Shown here: positions 26,751 through 41,700 of the stretch, one piece after another
Position numbering within the stretch: position 1 is the stretch's first letter
Layout of the letters: every line of letters begins with the position of its first letter
Assembly: GCA_964057225.1 (NCBI GenBank)
Contig: OZ059896.1
Span: forward strand, 930,001-994,000
DNA: 64,000 nt
Direction: 5' to 3'
Source: Auanema rhodensis
Lineage: Eukaryota; Animalia; Nematoda
Notes under the pieces: generated by a model
The model's input: the letters and a program-made list of their open reading frames with translations, nothing else
The model's database searches: none
What the model was told of the DNA's origin: nothing
Translations under genes and position numbers: made by a program

Positions 26751-29700
26751 ATGTAACTCGCTTCACGTGAAAGATAAAGAGATGCGGTTTTTAAAATTAG
26801 ATTCTCCATGTCCATATTAGTCTAAAAACAAAATTTTATTGATATTGGTGCATGGTAACCATGACTTTGAAATTTACGTGAACTTTAATTTATGCTAATT
26901 AAATGTACACGTGATGTGCACTTGGTATGTAACTCGCTTCACGTGAAAGATAAAGAGATGCGGTTTTTAAAAATAGATTCTCCATGTCCATATTAGTCTA
27001 AAAACAAATTTTTATTGATATTGGTTCATGGTAACCATGAGTTTGAAATTTACGTGAACTTTAATTTATGCTAATTAAATGTACACGTGATGTGCACTTG
27101 GTATGTAACTCGCTTCACGTGAAAGATAAAGAGATGCGGTTTTCAAAATTAGATTCCCCATGTCCATATTAGTCTAAAAACAAAATTTTATTGATGTTGG
27201 TGCATGGTAACCATGAGTTTGAAATTTACGTGAACTTTAATTTATGCTAATTAAATGTACACGTGATGTGCACTTGGTATGTAACTCGCTTCACGTGAAA
27301 GATAAAGAGATGCGGTTTTCAAAATTAGATTCTCCATGTCCATATTAGTCTAAAAACAAATTTTTATTGATATTGGTGCATGGTAACCATGAGTTTGAAA
27401 TTTACGTGAACTTTAATTTATGCTAATTAAATGTACACGTGATGTGCACTTGGTATGTAACTCGCTTCACGTGAAAGATAAAGAGATGCGGTTTTCAAAA
27501 TTAGATTCCCCATGTCCATATTAGTCTAAAAACAAAATTTTATTGATATTGGTGCATGGTAACCATGACTTTGAAATTTACGTGAACTTTAATTTATGCT
27601 AATTAAATGTACACGTGATGTGCACTTGGTATGTAACTCGCTTCACGTGAAAGATAAAAAGATGCGGTTTTCAAAATTAGATTCCCCATGTCCATATTAG
27701 TCTAAAAACAAAATTTTATTGATATTGGTGCATGGTAACCATGACTTTGAATTTTACGTGAACTTTAATTTATGCTAATTAAATGTACACGTGATGTGCA
27801 CTTGGTATGTAACTCGCTTCACGTGAAAGATAAAGAGATGCGGTTTTCAAAATTAGAATCCCCATGTCCATATTAGTTTGAAAACAAATTTTTATTGATA
27901 TTGGTGCATGGTAACCATGAGTTTGAAATTTACGTGAACTTTAATTTATGCTAATTAAATGTACACGTGATGTGCACTTGGTATGTAACTCGCTTCAGGT
28001 GGAAGATAAAGAGATGCGGTTTTTAAAAATGGATTCTCCATGTCCATATTAGTCTAAAAACAAATTTTTATTGATATTGGTGCATGGTAACCATGACTTT
28101 GAAATTTACGTGAACTTTAATTTATGCTAATTAAATGTACACGTGATGTGCACTTGGTATGTAACTCGCTTCACGTGAAAGATAAAGAGATGCGGTTCTC
28201 AAAATTAGATTCCCCATGTCCATATTAGTCTAAAAACAAAATTTTATTGATATTGGTGCATGGTAACCATGAGTTTGAAATTTACGTGAACTTTAATTTA
28301 TGCTAATTAAATGTACACGTGATGTGCACTTGGTATGTAACTCGCTTCACGTGAAAGATAAAGAGATGCGGTTTTCAAAATTAGATTCCCCATGTCCATA
28401 TTAGTCTAAAAACAAAATTTTATTGATATTGGTGCATGGTAACCATGACTTTGAAATTTACGTGAACTTTAATTTATGCTAATTAAATGTACACGTGATG
28501 TGCACTTGGTATGTAACTCGCTTCACGTGAAAGATAAAGAGATGCGTTTTTCAAAATTAGATTCCCCATGTCCATATTAGTCTAAAAACAAATTTTTATT
28601 GATATTGGTTCATGGTAACCATGACTTTGAAATTTGCGTGAACTTTACTTTATGCTAATTAAATGTACACGTGATGTGCACTTGGTATGTAACTCGCTTC
28701 GCGTGAAAGATAAATAGATGCGGTTTTCAATATTAGATTCCCCATGTCCATATTAGTCAAAAAACAAATATTCATTGATATTGGTTCATGGTAACCATGA
28801 CTTTGAAAATTACGTGAACTTTAATTTATGCTAATTAAATGTACACGTGATGTGCACTTGGTATGTAACTCGCTTCACGTGGAAGATAAGAGATGCGGTT
28901 TTCAAAATTAGATTCCCCATGTCCATATTAGTCTAAAAACAAATTTTTATTGATATTGGTGCATGGTAACCATGAGTTTGAAATTTACGTGAACTTTAAT
29001 TTATGCTAATTAAATGTACACGTGATGTGCACTTGGTATGTAACTCGCTTCGCGTGAAAGATAAATAGATGCGGTTTTCAAAATTAGATTCCCCATGTCC
29101 ATATTAGTCAAAAAACAAATTTTTATTGATATTGGTGCATGGTAACCATGAGTTTGAAATTTACGTGAACTTTAATTTATGCTAATTAAATGTACACGTG
29201 ATGTGCACTTGGTATGTAACTCGCTTCACGTGAAAGATAAAGAGATGCGGTTTTCAAAATTAGATTCCCCATGTCCATATTAGTCTAAAAACAAAATTTT
29301 ATTGATATTGGTGCATGGTAACCATGACTTTGAAATTTACGTGAACTTTAATTTATGCTAATTAAATGTACACGTGATGTGCACTTGGTATGTAACTCGC
29401 TTCACGTGAAAGATAAAGAGATGCGGTTTTCAAAATTAGATTCTCCATGTCCATATTAGTCTAAAAACAAATTTTTATTGATATTGGTGCATGGTAACCA
29501 TGAGTTTGAAATTTACGTGAACTTTAATTTATGCTAATTAAATGTACACGTGATGTGCACTTGGTATGTAACTCGCTTCACGTGAAAGATAAAGAGATGC
29601 GGTTTTCAAAATTAGATTCCCCATGTCCATATTAGTCTAAAAACAAATTTTTATTGATATTGGTGCATGGTAACCATGAGTTTGAAATTTACGTGAACTT

Positions 29701-32700
29701 TAATTTATGCTAATTAAATGTACACGTGATGTGCACTTGGTATGTAACTCGCTTCAGGTGGAAGATAAAGAGATGCGGTTTTTAAAAATGGATTCTCCAT
29801 GTCCATATTAGTCTAAAAACAAATTTTTATTGATATTGGTGCATGGTAACCATGACTTTGAAATTTACGTGAACTTTAATTTATGCTAATTAAATGTACA
29901 CGTGATGTGCACTTGGTATGTAACTCGCTTCACGTGAAAGATAAAGAGATGCGGTTCTCAAAATTAGATTCCCCATGTCCATATTAGTCTAAAAACAAAA
30001 TTTTATTGATATTGGTGCATGGTAACCATGAGTTTGAAATTTACGTGAACTTTAATTTATGCTAATTAAATGTACACGTGATGTGCACTTGGTATGTAAC
30101 TCGCTTCACGTGAAAGATAAAGAGATGCGGTTTTTAAAATTAGATTCCCCATGTCCATATTAGTCTAAAAACAAAATTTTATTGATATTGGTGCATGGTA
30201 ACCATGACTTTGAAATTTACGTGAACTTTAATTTATGCTAATTAAATGTACACGTGATGTGCACTTGGTATGTAACTCGCTTCACGTGAAAGATAAAGAG
30301 ATGCGTTTTTCAAAATTAGATTCCCCATGTCCATATTAGTCTAAAAACAAATTTTTATTGATATTGGTTCATGGTAACCATGACTTTGAAATTTGCGTGA
30401 ACTTTACTTTATGCTAATTAAATGTACACGTGATGTGCACTTGGTATGTAACTCGCTTCGCGTGAAAGATAAATAGATGCGGTTTTCAAAATTAGATTCC
30501 CCATGTCCATATTAGTCAAAAAACAAATATTCATTGATATTGGTTCATGGTAACCATGACTTTGAAAATTACGTGAACTTTAATTTATGCTAATTAAATG
30601 TACACGTGATGTGCACTTGGTATGTAACTCGCTTCACGTGGAAGATAAGAGATGCGGTTTTCAAAATTAGATTCCCCATGTCCATATTAGTCTAAAAACA
30701 AATTTTTATTGATATTGGTGCATGGTAACCATGAGTTTGAAATTTACGTGAACTTTAATTTATGCTAATTAAATGTACACGTGATGTGCACTTGGTATGT
30801 AACTCGCTTCGCGTGAAAGATAAATAGATGCGGTTTTCAAAATTAGATTCCCCATGTCCATATTAGTCAAAAAACAAATATTCATTGATATTGGTTCATG
30901 GTAACCATGACTTTGAAAATTACGTGAACTTTAATTTATGCTAATTAAATGTACACGTGATGTGCACTTGGTATGTAACTCGCTTCACGTGGAAGATAAG
31001 AGATGCGGTTTTCAAAATTAGATTCCCCATGTCCATATTAGTCTAAAAACAAATTTTTATTGATATTGGTGCATGGTAACCATGAGTTTGAAATTTACGT
31101 GAACTTTAATTTATGCTAATTAAATGTACACGTGATGTGCACTTGGTATGTAACTCGCTTCACGTGAAAGATAAAGAGATGCGGTTTTTAAAAATAGATT
31201 CTCCATGTCCATATTAGTCTAAAAACAAATTTTTATTGATATTGGTGCATGGTAACCATGAGTTTGAAATTTACGTGAACTTTACTTTATGCTAATTAAA
31301 TGTACACGTGATGTGCACTTGGTATGTAACTCGCTTCGCGTGAAAGATAAATAGATGCGGTTTTCAAAATTAGATTCCCCATGTCCATATTAGTCAAAAA
31401 ACAAATATTCATTGATATTGGTTCATGGTAACCATGACTTTGAAAATTACGTGAACTTTAATTTATGCTAATTAAATGTACACGTGATGTGCACTTGGTA
31501 TGTAACTCGCTTCACGTGGAAGATAAGAGATGCGGTTTTCAAAATTAGATACCCCATGTCCATATTAGTCTAAAAACAAATTTTTATTGATATTGGTGCA
31601 TGGTAACCATGAGTTTGAAATTTACGTGAACTTTAATTTATGCTAATTAAATGTACACGTGATGTGCACTTGGTATGTAACTCGCTTCACGTGAAAGATA
31701 AAGAGATGCGGTTTTTAAAAATAGATTCTCCATGTCCATATTAGTCTAAAAACAAATTTTTATTGATATTGGTGCATGGTAACCATGAGTTTGAAATTTA
31801 CGTGAACTTTAATTTATGCTAATTAAATGTACACGTGATGTGCACTTGGTATGTAACTCGCTTCACGTAAAAGATAAAGAGATGCGGTTTTCAAAATTAG
31901 ATTCTCCATGTCCATATTAGTCTAAAAACAAATTTTTATTGATATTGGTGCATGGTAACCATGAGTTTGAAATTTACGTGAACTTTAATTTATGCTAATT
32001 AAATGTACACGTGATGTGCACTTGGTATGTAACTCGCTTCACGTGAAAGATAAAGAGATGCGGTTTTCAAAATTAGATTCCCCATGTCCATATTAGTCTA
32101 AAAACAAAATTTTATTGATATTGGTGCATGGTAACCATGACTTTGAAATTTACGTGAACTTTAATTTATGCTAATTAAATGTACACGTGATGTGCACTTG
32201 GTATGTAACTCGCTTCACGTGAAAGATAAAAAGATGCGGTTTTCAAAATTAGATTCCCCATGTCCATATTAGTCTAAAAACAAAATTTTATTGATATTGG
32301 TGCATGGTAACCATGACTTTGAATTTTACGTGAACTTTAATTTATGCTAATTAAATGTACACGTGATGTGCACTTGGTATGTAACTCGCTTCACGTGAAA
32401 GATAAAGAGATGCGGTTTTCAAAATTAGAATCCCCATGTCCATATTAGTTTGAAAACAAATTTTTATTGATATTGGTGCATGGTAACCATGAGTTTGAAA
32501 TTTACGTGAACTTTAATTTATGCTAATTAAATGTACACGTGATGTGCACTTAGTATGTAACTCGCTTCACGTGGAAGATAAAGAGATGCGGTTTTTAAAA
32601 ATGGATTCTCCATGTCCATATTAGTCTAAAAACAAATTTTTATTGATATTGGTGCATGGTAACCATGACTTTGAAATTTACGTGAACTTTAATTTATGCT

Positions 32701-35700
32701 AATTAAATGTACACGTGATGTGCACTTGGTATGTAACTCGCTTCACGTGAAAGATAAAGAGATGCGGTTCTCAAAATTAGATTCCCCATGTCCATATTAG
32801 TCTAAAAACAAAATTTTATTGATATTGGTGCATGGTAACCATGAGTTTGAAATTTACGTGAACTTTAATTTATGCTAATTAAATGTACACGTGATGTGCA
32901 CTTGGTATGTAACTCGCTTCACGTGAAAGATAAAGAGATGCGTTTTTCAAAATTAGATTCTCCATGTCCATATTAGTCTAAAAACAAAATTTTATTGATG
33001 TTGGTGCATGGTAACCATGACTTTGAAATTTACGTGAACTTTAATTTATGCTAATTAAATGTACACGTGATGTGCACTTGGTATGTAACTCGCTTCACGT
33101 GAAAGATAAAGAGATGCGGTTTTTAAAATTAGATTCTCCATGTCCATATTAGTCTAAAAACAAATTTTTATTGATATTGGTGCATGGTAACCATGAGTTT
33201 GAAATTTACGTGAACTTTAATTTATGCTAATTAAATGTACACGTGATGTGCACTTGGTATGTAACTCGCTTCACGTGAAAGATAAAGAGATGCGGTTTTC
33301 ACAATTAGATTCCCCATGTCCATATTAGTCTAAAAACAAAATTTTATTGATATTGGTGCATGGTAACCATGACTTTGAAATTTACGTGAACTTTAATTTA
33401 TGCTAATTAAATGTACACGTGATGTGCACTTGGTATGTAACTCGCTTCACGTGAAAGATAAAGAGATGCGGTTTTCAAAATTAGATTCTCCATGTCCATA
33501 TTAGTCTAAAAACAAATTTTTATTGATATTGGTGCATGGTAACCATGAGTTTGAAATTTACGTGAACTTTAATTTATGCTAATTAAATGTACACGTGATG
33601 TGCACTTGGTTTGTAACTCGCTTCACGTGAAAGATAAAGAGATGCGGTTTTCAAAATTAGATTCCCCATGTCCATATTAGTCTAAAAACAAAATTTTATT
33701 GATATTGGTGCATGGTAACCATGACTTTGAAATTTACGTGAACTTTAATTTATGCTAATTAAATGTACACGTGATGTGCACTTGGTATGTAACTCGCTTC
33801 ACGTGAAAGATAAAGAGATGCGGTTTTCAAAATTAGATTCTCCATGTCCATATTAGTCTAAAAACAAATTTTTATTGATATTGGTGCATGGTAACCATGA
33901 GTTTGAAATTTACGTGAACTTTACTTTATGCTAATTAAATGTACACGTGATGTGCACTTGGTATGTAACTCGCTTCGCGTGAAAGATAAATAGATGCGGT
34001 TTTCAAAATTAGATTCCCCATGTCCATATTAGTCTAAAAACAAATATTCATTGATATTGGTTCATGGTAACCATGACTTTGAAAATTACGTGAACTTTAA
34101 TTTATGCTAATTAAATGTACACGTGATGTGCACTTGGTATGTAACTCGCTTCACGTGGAAGATAAGAGATGCGGTTTTCAAAATTAGATTCCCCATGTCC
34201 ATATTAGTCTAAAAACAAATTTTTATTGATATTGGTGCATGGTAACCATGAGTTTGAAATTTACGTGAACTTTAATTTATGCTAATTAAATGTACACGTG
34301 ATGTGCACTTGGTATGTAACTCGCTTCACGTGAAAGATAAAGAGATGCGGTTTTCAAAATTAGATTCTCCATGTCCATATTAGTCTAAAAACAAATTTTT
34401 ATTGATATTGGTGCATGGTAACCATGAGTTTGAAATTTACGTGAACTTTAATTTATGCTAATTAAATGTACACGTGATGTGCACTTGGTATGTAACTCGC
34501 TTCACGTGAAAGATAAAGAGATGCGGTTTTTAAAAATAGATTCTCCATGTCCATATTAGTCTAAAAACAAATTTTTATTGATATTGGTGCATGGTAACCA
34601 TGACTTTGAAATTTACGTGAACTTTAATTTATGCTAATTAAATGTACACGTGATGTGCACTAGGTATGTACCTCGCTTCACGTGAAAGATAAAGAGATGC
34701 GGTTTTCAAAATTAGATTCCCCATGTCCATATTAGTCTAAAAACAAATTTTTATTGATATTGGTGCATGGTAACCATGAGTTTGAAATTTACGTGAACTT
34801 TAATTTATGCTAATTAAATGTACACGTGATGTGCACTTGGTATGTAACTCGCTTCACGTGAAAGATAAAGAGATGCTGTTTTTAAAAATAGATTCTCCAT
34901 ATCCATATTAGTCTAAAAACAAATTTTTATTGATATTGGTGCATGGTAACCATGAGTTTGAAATTTACGTGAACTTTAATTTTTGCTAATTAAATGTACA
35001 CGTGATGTGCACTTGGTATGTAACTCGCTTCACGTGGAAGATAAAGAGATGCGGTTTTCAAAATTAGATTCTCCATGTCCATATTAGTCTAAAAACAAAT
35101 TTTTATTGATATTGGTGCATGGTAACCATGAGTTTGAAATTTACGTGAACTTTAATTTATGCTAATTAAATGTACACGTGATGTGCACTTGGTATGTAAC
35201 TCGCTTCACGTGAAAGATAAAGAGATGCGGTTTTTAAAAATAGATTCTCCATGTCCATATTAGTCTAAAAACAAATTTTTATTGATATTGGTGCATGGTA
35301 ACCATGAGTTTGAAATTTACGTGAACTTTAATTTATGCTAATTAAATGTACACGTGATGTGCATTTGGTATGTAACTCGCTTCACGTGAAAGATAAAGAG
35401 ATGCGGTTTTCAAAATTAGATTCTCCATGTCCATATTAGTCTAAAAACAAATTTTTATTGATATTGGTGCATGGTAACCATGAGTTTGAAATTTACGTGA
35501 ACTTTAATTTATGCTAATTAAATGTACACGTGATGTGCACTTGGTATGTAACTCGCTTCACGTGAAAGATAAAGAGATGCGGTTTTCAAAATTAGATTCC
35601 CCTTGTTCATATTAGTCTAAAAACAAAATTTTATTGATATTGGTGCATGGTAACCATGACTTTGAAATTTACGTGAACTTTAATTTATGCTAATTAAATG

Positions 35701-38700
35701 TACACGTGATGTGCACTTGGTATGTAACTCGCTTCACGTGAAAGATAAAGAGATGCGGTTTTTAAAAATAGATTCTCCATGTCCATATTAGTCTAAAAAC
35801 AAATTTTTATTGATATTGGTGCATGGTAACCATGAGTTTGAAATTTACGTGAACTTTAATTTATGCTAATTAAATGTACACGTGATGTGCACTTGGTATG
35901 TAACTCGCTTCACGTGAAAGATAAAGAGATGCGGTTTTCAAAATTAGATTCCCCATGTCCATATTAGTCTAAAAACAAAATTTTATTGATATTGGTGCAT
36001 GGTAACCATGAGTTTGAAATTTACGTGAACTTTAATTTATGCTAATTAAATGTACACGTGATGTGCACTTGGTATGTAACTCGCTTCACGTGAAAGATAA
36101 AGAGTTGCGGTTTTTAAAAATATATTCTCCATGTCCATATTACTCTAAAAACAAATTTTTATTGATATTGGTGCATGGTAACCATGAGTTTGAAATTTAC
36201 GTGAACTTTAATTTATGCTAATTAAATGTACACGTGATGTGCACTTGGTATGTGACTCGCTTCACGTGAAAGATAAAGAGATGCGGTTTTCAAAATTAGA
36301 TTCTCCATGTCCATATTAGTCTAAAAACAAATTTTTATTGATATTGGTGCATGGTAACCATGAGTTTGAAATTTACGTGAACTTTAATTTATGCTAATTA
36401 AATGTACACGTGATGTGCACTTGGTATGTAACTCGCTTCACGTGAAAGATAAAGAGATGCGGTTTTCAAAATTAGATTCCCCATGTCCATATTAGTCTAA
36501 AAACAAAATTTTATTGATATTGGTGCATGGTAACCATGACTTTGAAATTTACGTGAACTTTAATTTATGCTAATTAAATGTACACGTGATGTGCACTTGG
36601 TATGTAACTCGCTTCACGTGAAAGATAAAGAGATGCGGTTTTTAAAATTAGATTCTCCATGTCCATATTAGTCTAAAAACAAATTTTTATTGATATTGGT
36701 GCATGGTAACCATGAGTTTGAAATTTACGTGAACTTTAATTTATGCTAATTAAATGTACACGTGATGTGCACTTGGTATGTAACTCGCTTCACGTGAAAA
36801 ATAAAGAGATGCGGTTTTCAAAATTAGATTCCCCATGTCCATATTAGTCTAAAAACAAAATTTTATTGATATTGGTGCATGGTAACCATGACTTTGAAAT
36901 TTACGTGAACTTTGATTTATGCTAATTAAATGTACACGTGATGTGCACTTGGTATGTAACTCGCTTCACGTGAAAGATAAAGAGATGCGTTTTTCAAATA
37001 TAGATTCCCCATGTCCATATTAGTCTAAAAACAAATTTTTATTGATATTGGTGCATGGTAACCATGAGTTTGAAATTTACGTGAACTTTAATTTATGCTA
37101 ATTAAGTGTACACGGGATGTGCACTTGGTATGTAACTCGCTTCACGTGAAAGATAAAGAGATGCGGTTTTCAAAATTAGATTCCCCATGTCCATATTAGT
37201 CTAAAAACAAAATTTTATTGATATTGGTGCATGGTAACCATGACTTTCAAATTTAAGTGAACTTTAATTTATGCTAATTAAATGTACACGTGATGTGCAC
37301 TTGGTATGTAATTCGCTTCACGTGAAAGATAAAGAGATGCGGTTTTCATAATCAGATTCCCCATGTCCATATTAGTCTAAAAACAAAATTTTATTGATAT
37401 TGGAGCATGGTAACCATGACTTTGAAATTTACGTGAACTTTGATTTATGCTAATTAAATGTACACGTGATGTGCACTTGGTATGTAACTCGCTTCACGTG
37501 AAAGATAAAGAGATGCGTTTTTCAAATATAGATTCCCCATGTCCATATTAGTCTAAAAACAAATTTTTATTGATATTGGTGCATGGTAACCATGAGTTTG
37601 AAATTTACGTGAACTTTAATTTATGCTAATTAAATGTACACGTGATGTGCACTTGGTATGTAACTCGCTTCACGTGAAAGATAAAGAGATGCGGTTTTCA
37701 AAATTAGATTCCCCATGTCCATATTAGTCTAAAAACAAAATTTTATCGATATTGGTGCATGGTAACCATGACTTTGAAATTTACGTGAACTTTAATTTAT
37801 GCTAATTAAATGTACACGTGATGTGCACTTGGTATGTAACTCGCTTCACGTGAAAGATAAAGAGATGCGGTTTTCAAAATTAGATTTTCCATGTCCATAT
37901 TAGTCTAAAAACAAATTTTTATTGATATTGGTGTATGGTAACCATGAGTTTGAAATTTACGTGAACTTTAATTTATGCTAATTAAATGTACACGTGATGT
38001 GCACTTGGTATGTAATTCGCTTCACGTGAAAGATAAAGAGATGCGGTTTTCAAAATTAGATTCCCCATGTCCATATTAGTCTAAAAACAAAATTTTATTG
38101 ATATTGGTGCATGGTAACCATGACTTTGAAATTTACGTGAACTTTAATTTATGCTAATTAAATGTACACGTGATGTGCACTTGGTATGTAACTCGCTTCA
38201 CGTGAAAAATAAAGAGATGCGGTTTTCAAAATTAGATTCCCCATGTCCATATTAGTCTAAAAACAAAGTTTTATTGATATTGGTGCATGGTAACCATGAC
38301 TTTGAAATTTACGTGAACTTTAATTTATGCTAATTAAATGTACACGTGATGTGCACTTGGTATGTAACTCGCTTCACGTGAAAGATAAAGAGATGCGGTT
38401 TTCATAATTAGATTCTCCATGTCCATATTAGTCTAAAAACAAATTTTTATTGATATTGGTTCATGGTAACCATGAGTTTGAAACTTACGTGAACTTTAAT
38501 TTATGCTAATTAAATGTACACGTGATGTGCACTTGGTATGTAACTCGCTTCACGTGAAAGATAAAGAGATGCGGTTTTCAAAATTAGATTCCCCATGTCC
38601 ATATTAGTCTAAAAACAAAATTTTATTGATATTGGTGCATGGTAACCATGACTTTGAAATTTACGTGAACTTTAATTTATGCTAATTAAATGTACACGTG

Positions 38701-41700
38701 ATGTGCACTTGGTATGTAACTCGCTTCACGTGAAAGATAAAGAGATGCGGTTTTCAAAATTAGATTCCCCATGTCCATATTAGTCTAAAAACAAATTTTT
38801 ATTGATTTTGGTGCATGGTAACCATGACTTTGAAATTTACGTGAACTTTAATTTATGCTAATTAAATGTACACGTGATGTGCACTTGGTATGTAACTCGC
38901 TTCACGTGAAAAATAAAGAGATGCGGTTTTCAAAATTAGATTCCCCATGTCCATATTAGTCTAAAAACAAAATTTTATTGATATTGGTGCATGGTAACCA
39001 TGACTTTGAAATTTACGTGAACTTTAATTTATGCTAATTAAATGTACACGTGATGTGCACTTGGTATGTAACTCGCTTCACGTGAAAGATAAAGAGATGC
39101 GGTTTTCATAATTAGATTCTCCATGTCCATATTAGTCTAAAAACAAATTTTTATTGATATTGGTTCATGGTAACCATGAGTTTGAAACTTACGTGAACTT
39201 TAATTTATGCTAATTAAATGTACACGTGATGTGCACTTGGTATGTAACTCGCTTCACGTGAAAGATAAAGAGATGCGGTTTTCAAAATTAGATTCCCCAT
39301 GTCCATATTAGTCTAAAAACAAAATTTTATTGATATTGGTGCATGGTAACCATGACTTTGAAATTTACGTGAACTTTAATTTATGCTAATTAAATGTACA
39401 CGTGATGTGCACTTGGTATGTAACTCGCTTCACGTGAAAGATAAAGAGATGCGGTTTTCAAAATTAGATTCCCCATGTCCATATTAGTCTAAAAACAAAT
39501 TTTTATTGATTTTGGTGCATGGTAACCATGACTTTGAAATTTACGTGAACTTTAATTTATGCTAATTAAATGTACACGTGATGTGCACTTGGTATGTAAC
39601 TCGCTTCACGTGAAAGATAAAGAGATGCGGTTTTTAAAATTAGATTCTCCATGTCCATATTAGTCTAAAAACAAATTTTTATTGATATTGGTGCATGGTA
39701 ACCATGAGTTTGAAATTTACGTGAACTTTAATTTATGCTAATTAAATGTACACGTGATGTGCACTTGGTATGTAACTCGCTTCACGTGAAAAATAAAGAG
39801 ATGCGGTTTTCAAAATTAGATTCCCCATGTCCATATTAGTCTAAAAACAAAATTTTATTGATATTGGTGCATGGTAACCATGACTTTGAAATTTACGTGA
39901 ACTTTGATTTATGCTAATTAAATGTACACGTGATGTGCACTTGGTATGTAACTCGCTTCACGTGAAAGATAAAGAGATGCGTTTTTCAAATATAGATTCC
40001 CCATGTCCATATTAGTCTAAAAACAAATTTTTATTGATATTGGTGCATGGTAACCATGAGTTTGAAATTTACGTGAACTTTAATTTATGCTAATTAAGTG
40101 TACACGGGATGTGCACTTGGTATGTAACTCGCTTCACGTGAAAGATAAAGAGATGCGGTTTTCAAAATTAGATTCCCCATGTCCATATTAGTCTAAAAAC
40201 AAAATTTTATTGATATTGGTGCATGGTAACCATGACTTTCAAATTTAAGTGAACTTTAATTTATGCTAATTAAATGTACACGTGATGTGCACTTGGTATG
40301 TAATTCGCTTCACGTGAAAGATAAAGAGATGCGATTTTCATAATCAGATTCCCCATGTCCATATTAGTCTAAAAACAAAATTTTATTGATATTGGAGCAT
40401 GGTAACCATGACTTTGAAATTTACGTGAACTTTGATTTATGCTAATTAAATGTACACGTGATGTGCACTTGGTATGTAACTCGCTTCACGTGAAAGATAA
40501 AGAGATGCGTTTTTCAAATATAGATTCCCCATGTCCATATTAGTCTAAAAACAAATTTTTATTGATATTGGTGCATGGTAACCATGAGTTTGAAATTTAC
40601 GTGAACTTTAATTTATGCTAATTAAATGTACACGTGATGTGCACTTGGTATGTAACTCGCTTCACGTGAAAGATAAAGAGATGCGGTTTTCAAAATTAGA
40701 TTCCCCATGTCCATATTAGTCTAAAAACAAAATTTTATTGATATTGGTGCATGGTAACCATGACTTTGAAATTTACGTGAACTTTAATTTATGCTAATTA
40801 AATGTACACGTGATGTGCACTTGGTATGTAACTCGCTTCACGTGAAAGATAAAGAGATGCGGTTTTCATAATTAGATTCTCCATGTCCATATTAGTCTAA
40901 AAACAAATTTTTATTGATATTGGTTCATGGTAACCATGAGTTTGAAACTTACGTGAACTTTAATTTATGCTAATTAAATGTACACGTGATGTGCACTTGG
41001 TATGTAACTCGCTTCACGTGAAAGATAAAGAGATGCGGTTTTCAAAATTAGATTCCCCATGTCCATATTAGTCTAAAAACAAAATTTTATTGATATTGGT
41101 GCATGGTAACCATGACTTTGAAATTTACGTGAACTTTAATTTATGCTAATTAAATGTACACGTGATGTGCACTTGGTATGTAACTCGCTTCACGTGAAAA
41201 ATAAAGAGATGCGGTTTTCAAAATTAGATTCCCCATGTCCATATTAGTCTAAAAACAAAATTTTATTGATATTGGTGCATGGTAACCATGACTTTGAAAT
41301 TTACGTGAACTTTAATTTATGCTAATTAAATGTACACGTGATGTGCACTTGGTATGTAACTCGCTTCACGTGAAAGATAAAGAGATGCGGTTTTCATAAT
41401 TAGATTCTCCATGTCCATATTAGTCTAAAAACAAATTTTTATTGATATTGGTTCATGGTAACCATGAGTTTGAAACTTACGTGAACTTTAATTTATGCTA
41501 ATTAAATGTACACGTGATGTGCACTTGGTATGTAACTCGCTTCACGTGAAAGATAAAGAGATGCGGTTTTCAAAATTAGATTCCCCATGTCCATATTAGT
41601 CTAAAAACAAAATTTTATTGATATTGGTGCATGGTAACCATGACTTTGAAATTTACGTGAACTTTAATTTATGCTAATTAAATGTACACGTGATGTGCAC

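Noticed and set aside
36039-36221. 60-aa ORF from the supplied track (MLIKCTRDVH...)
   Set aside because: It is one satellite monomer read from ATG to TAA. It is open only because a single G>C at 36143 changes the in-frame TAG to TAC, and the ORF track reports no equivalent ORF in any other monomer. It has no recognisable domain or gene context.
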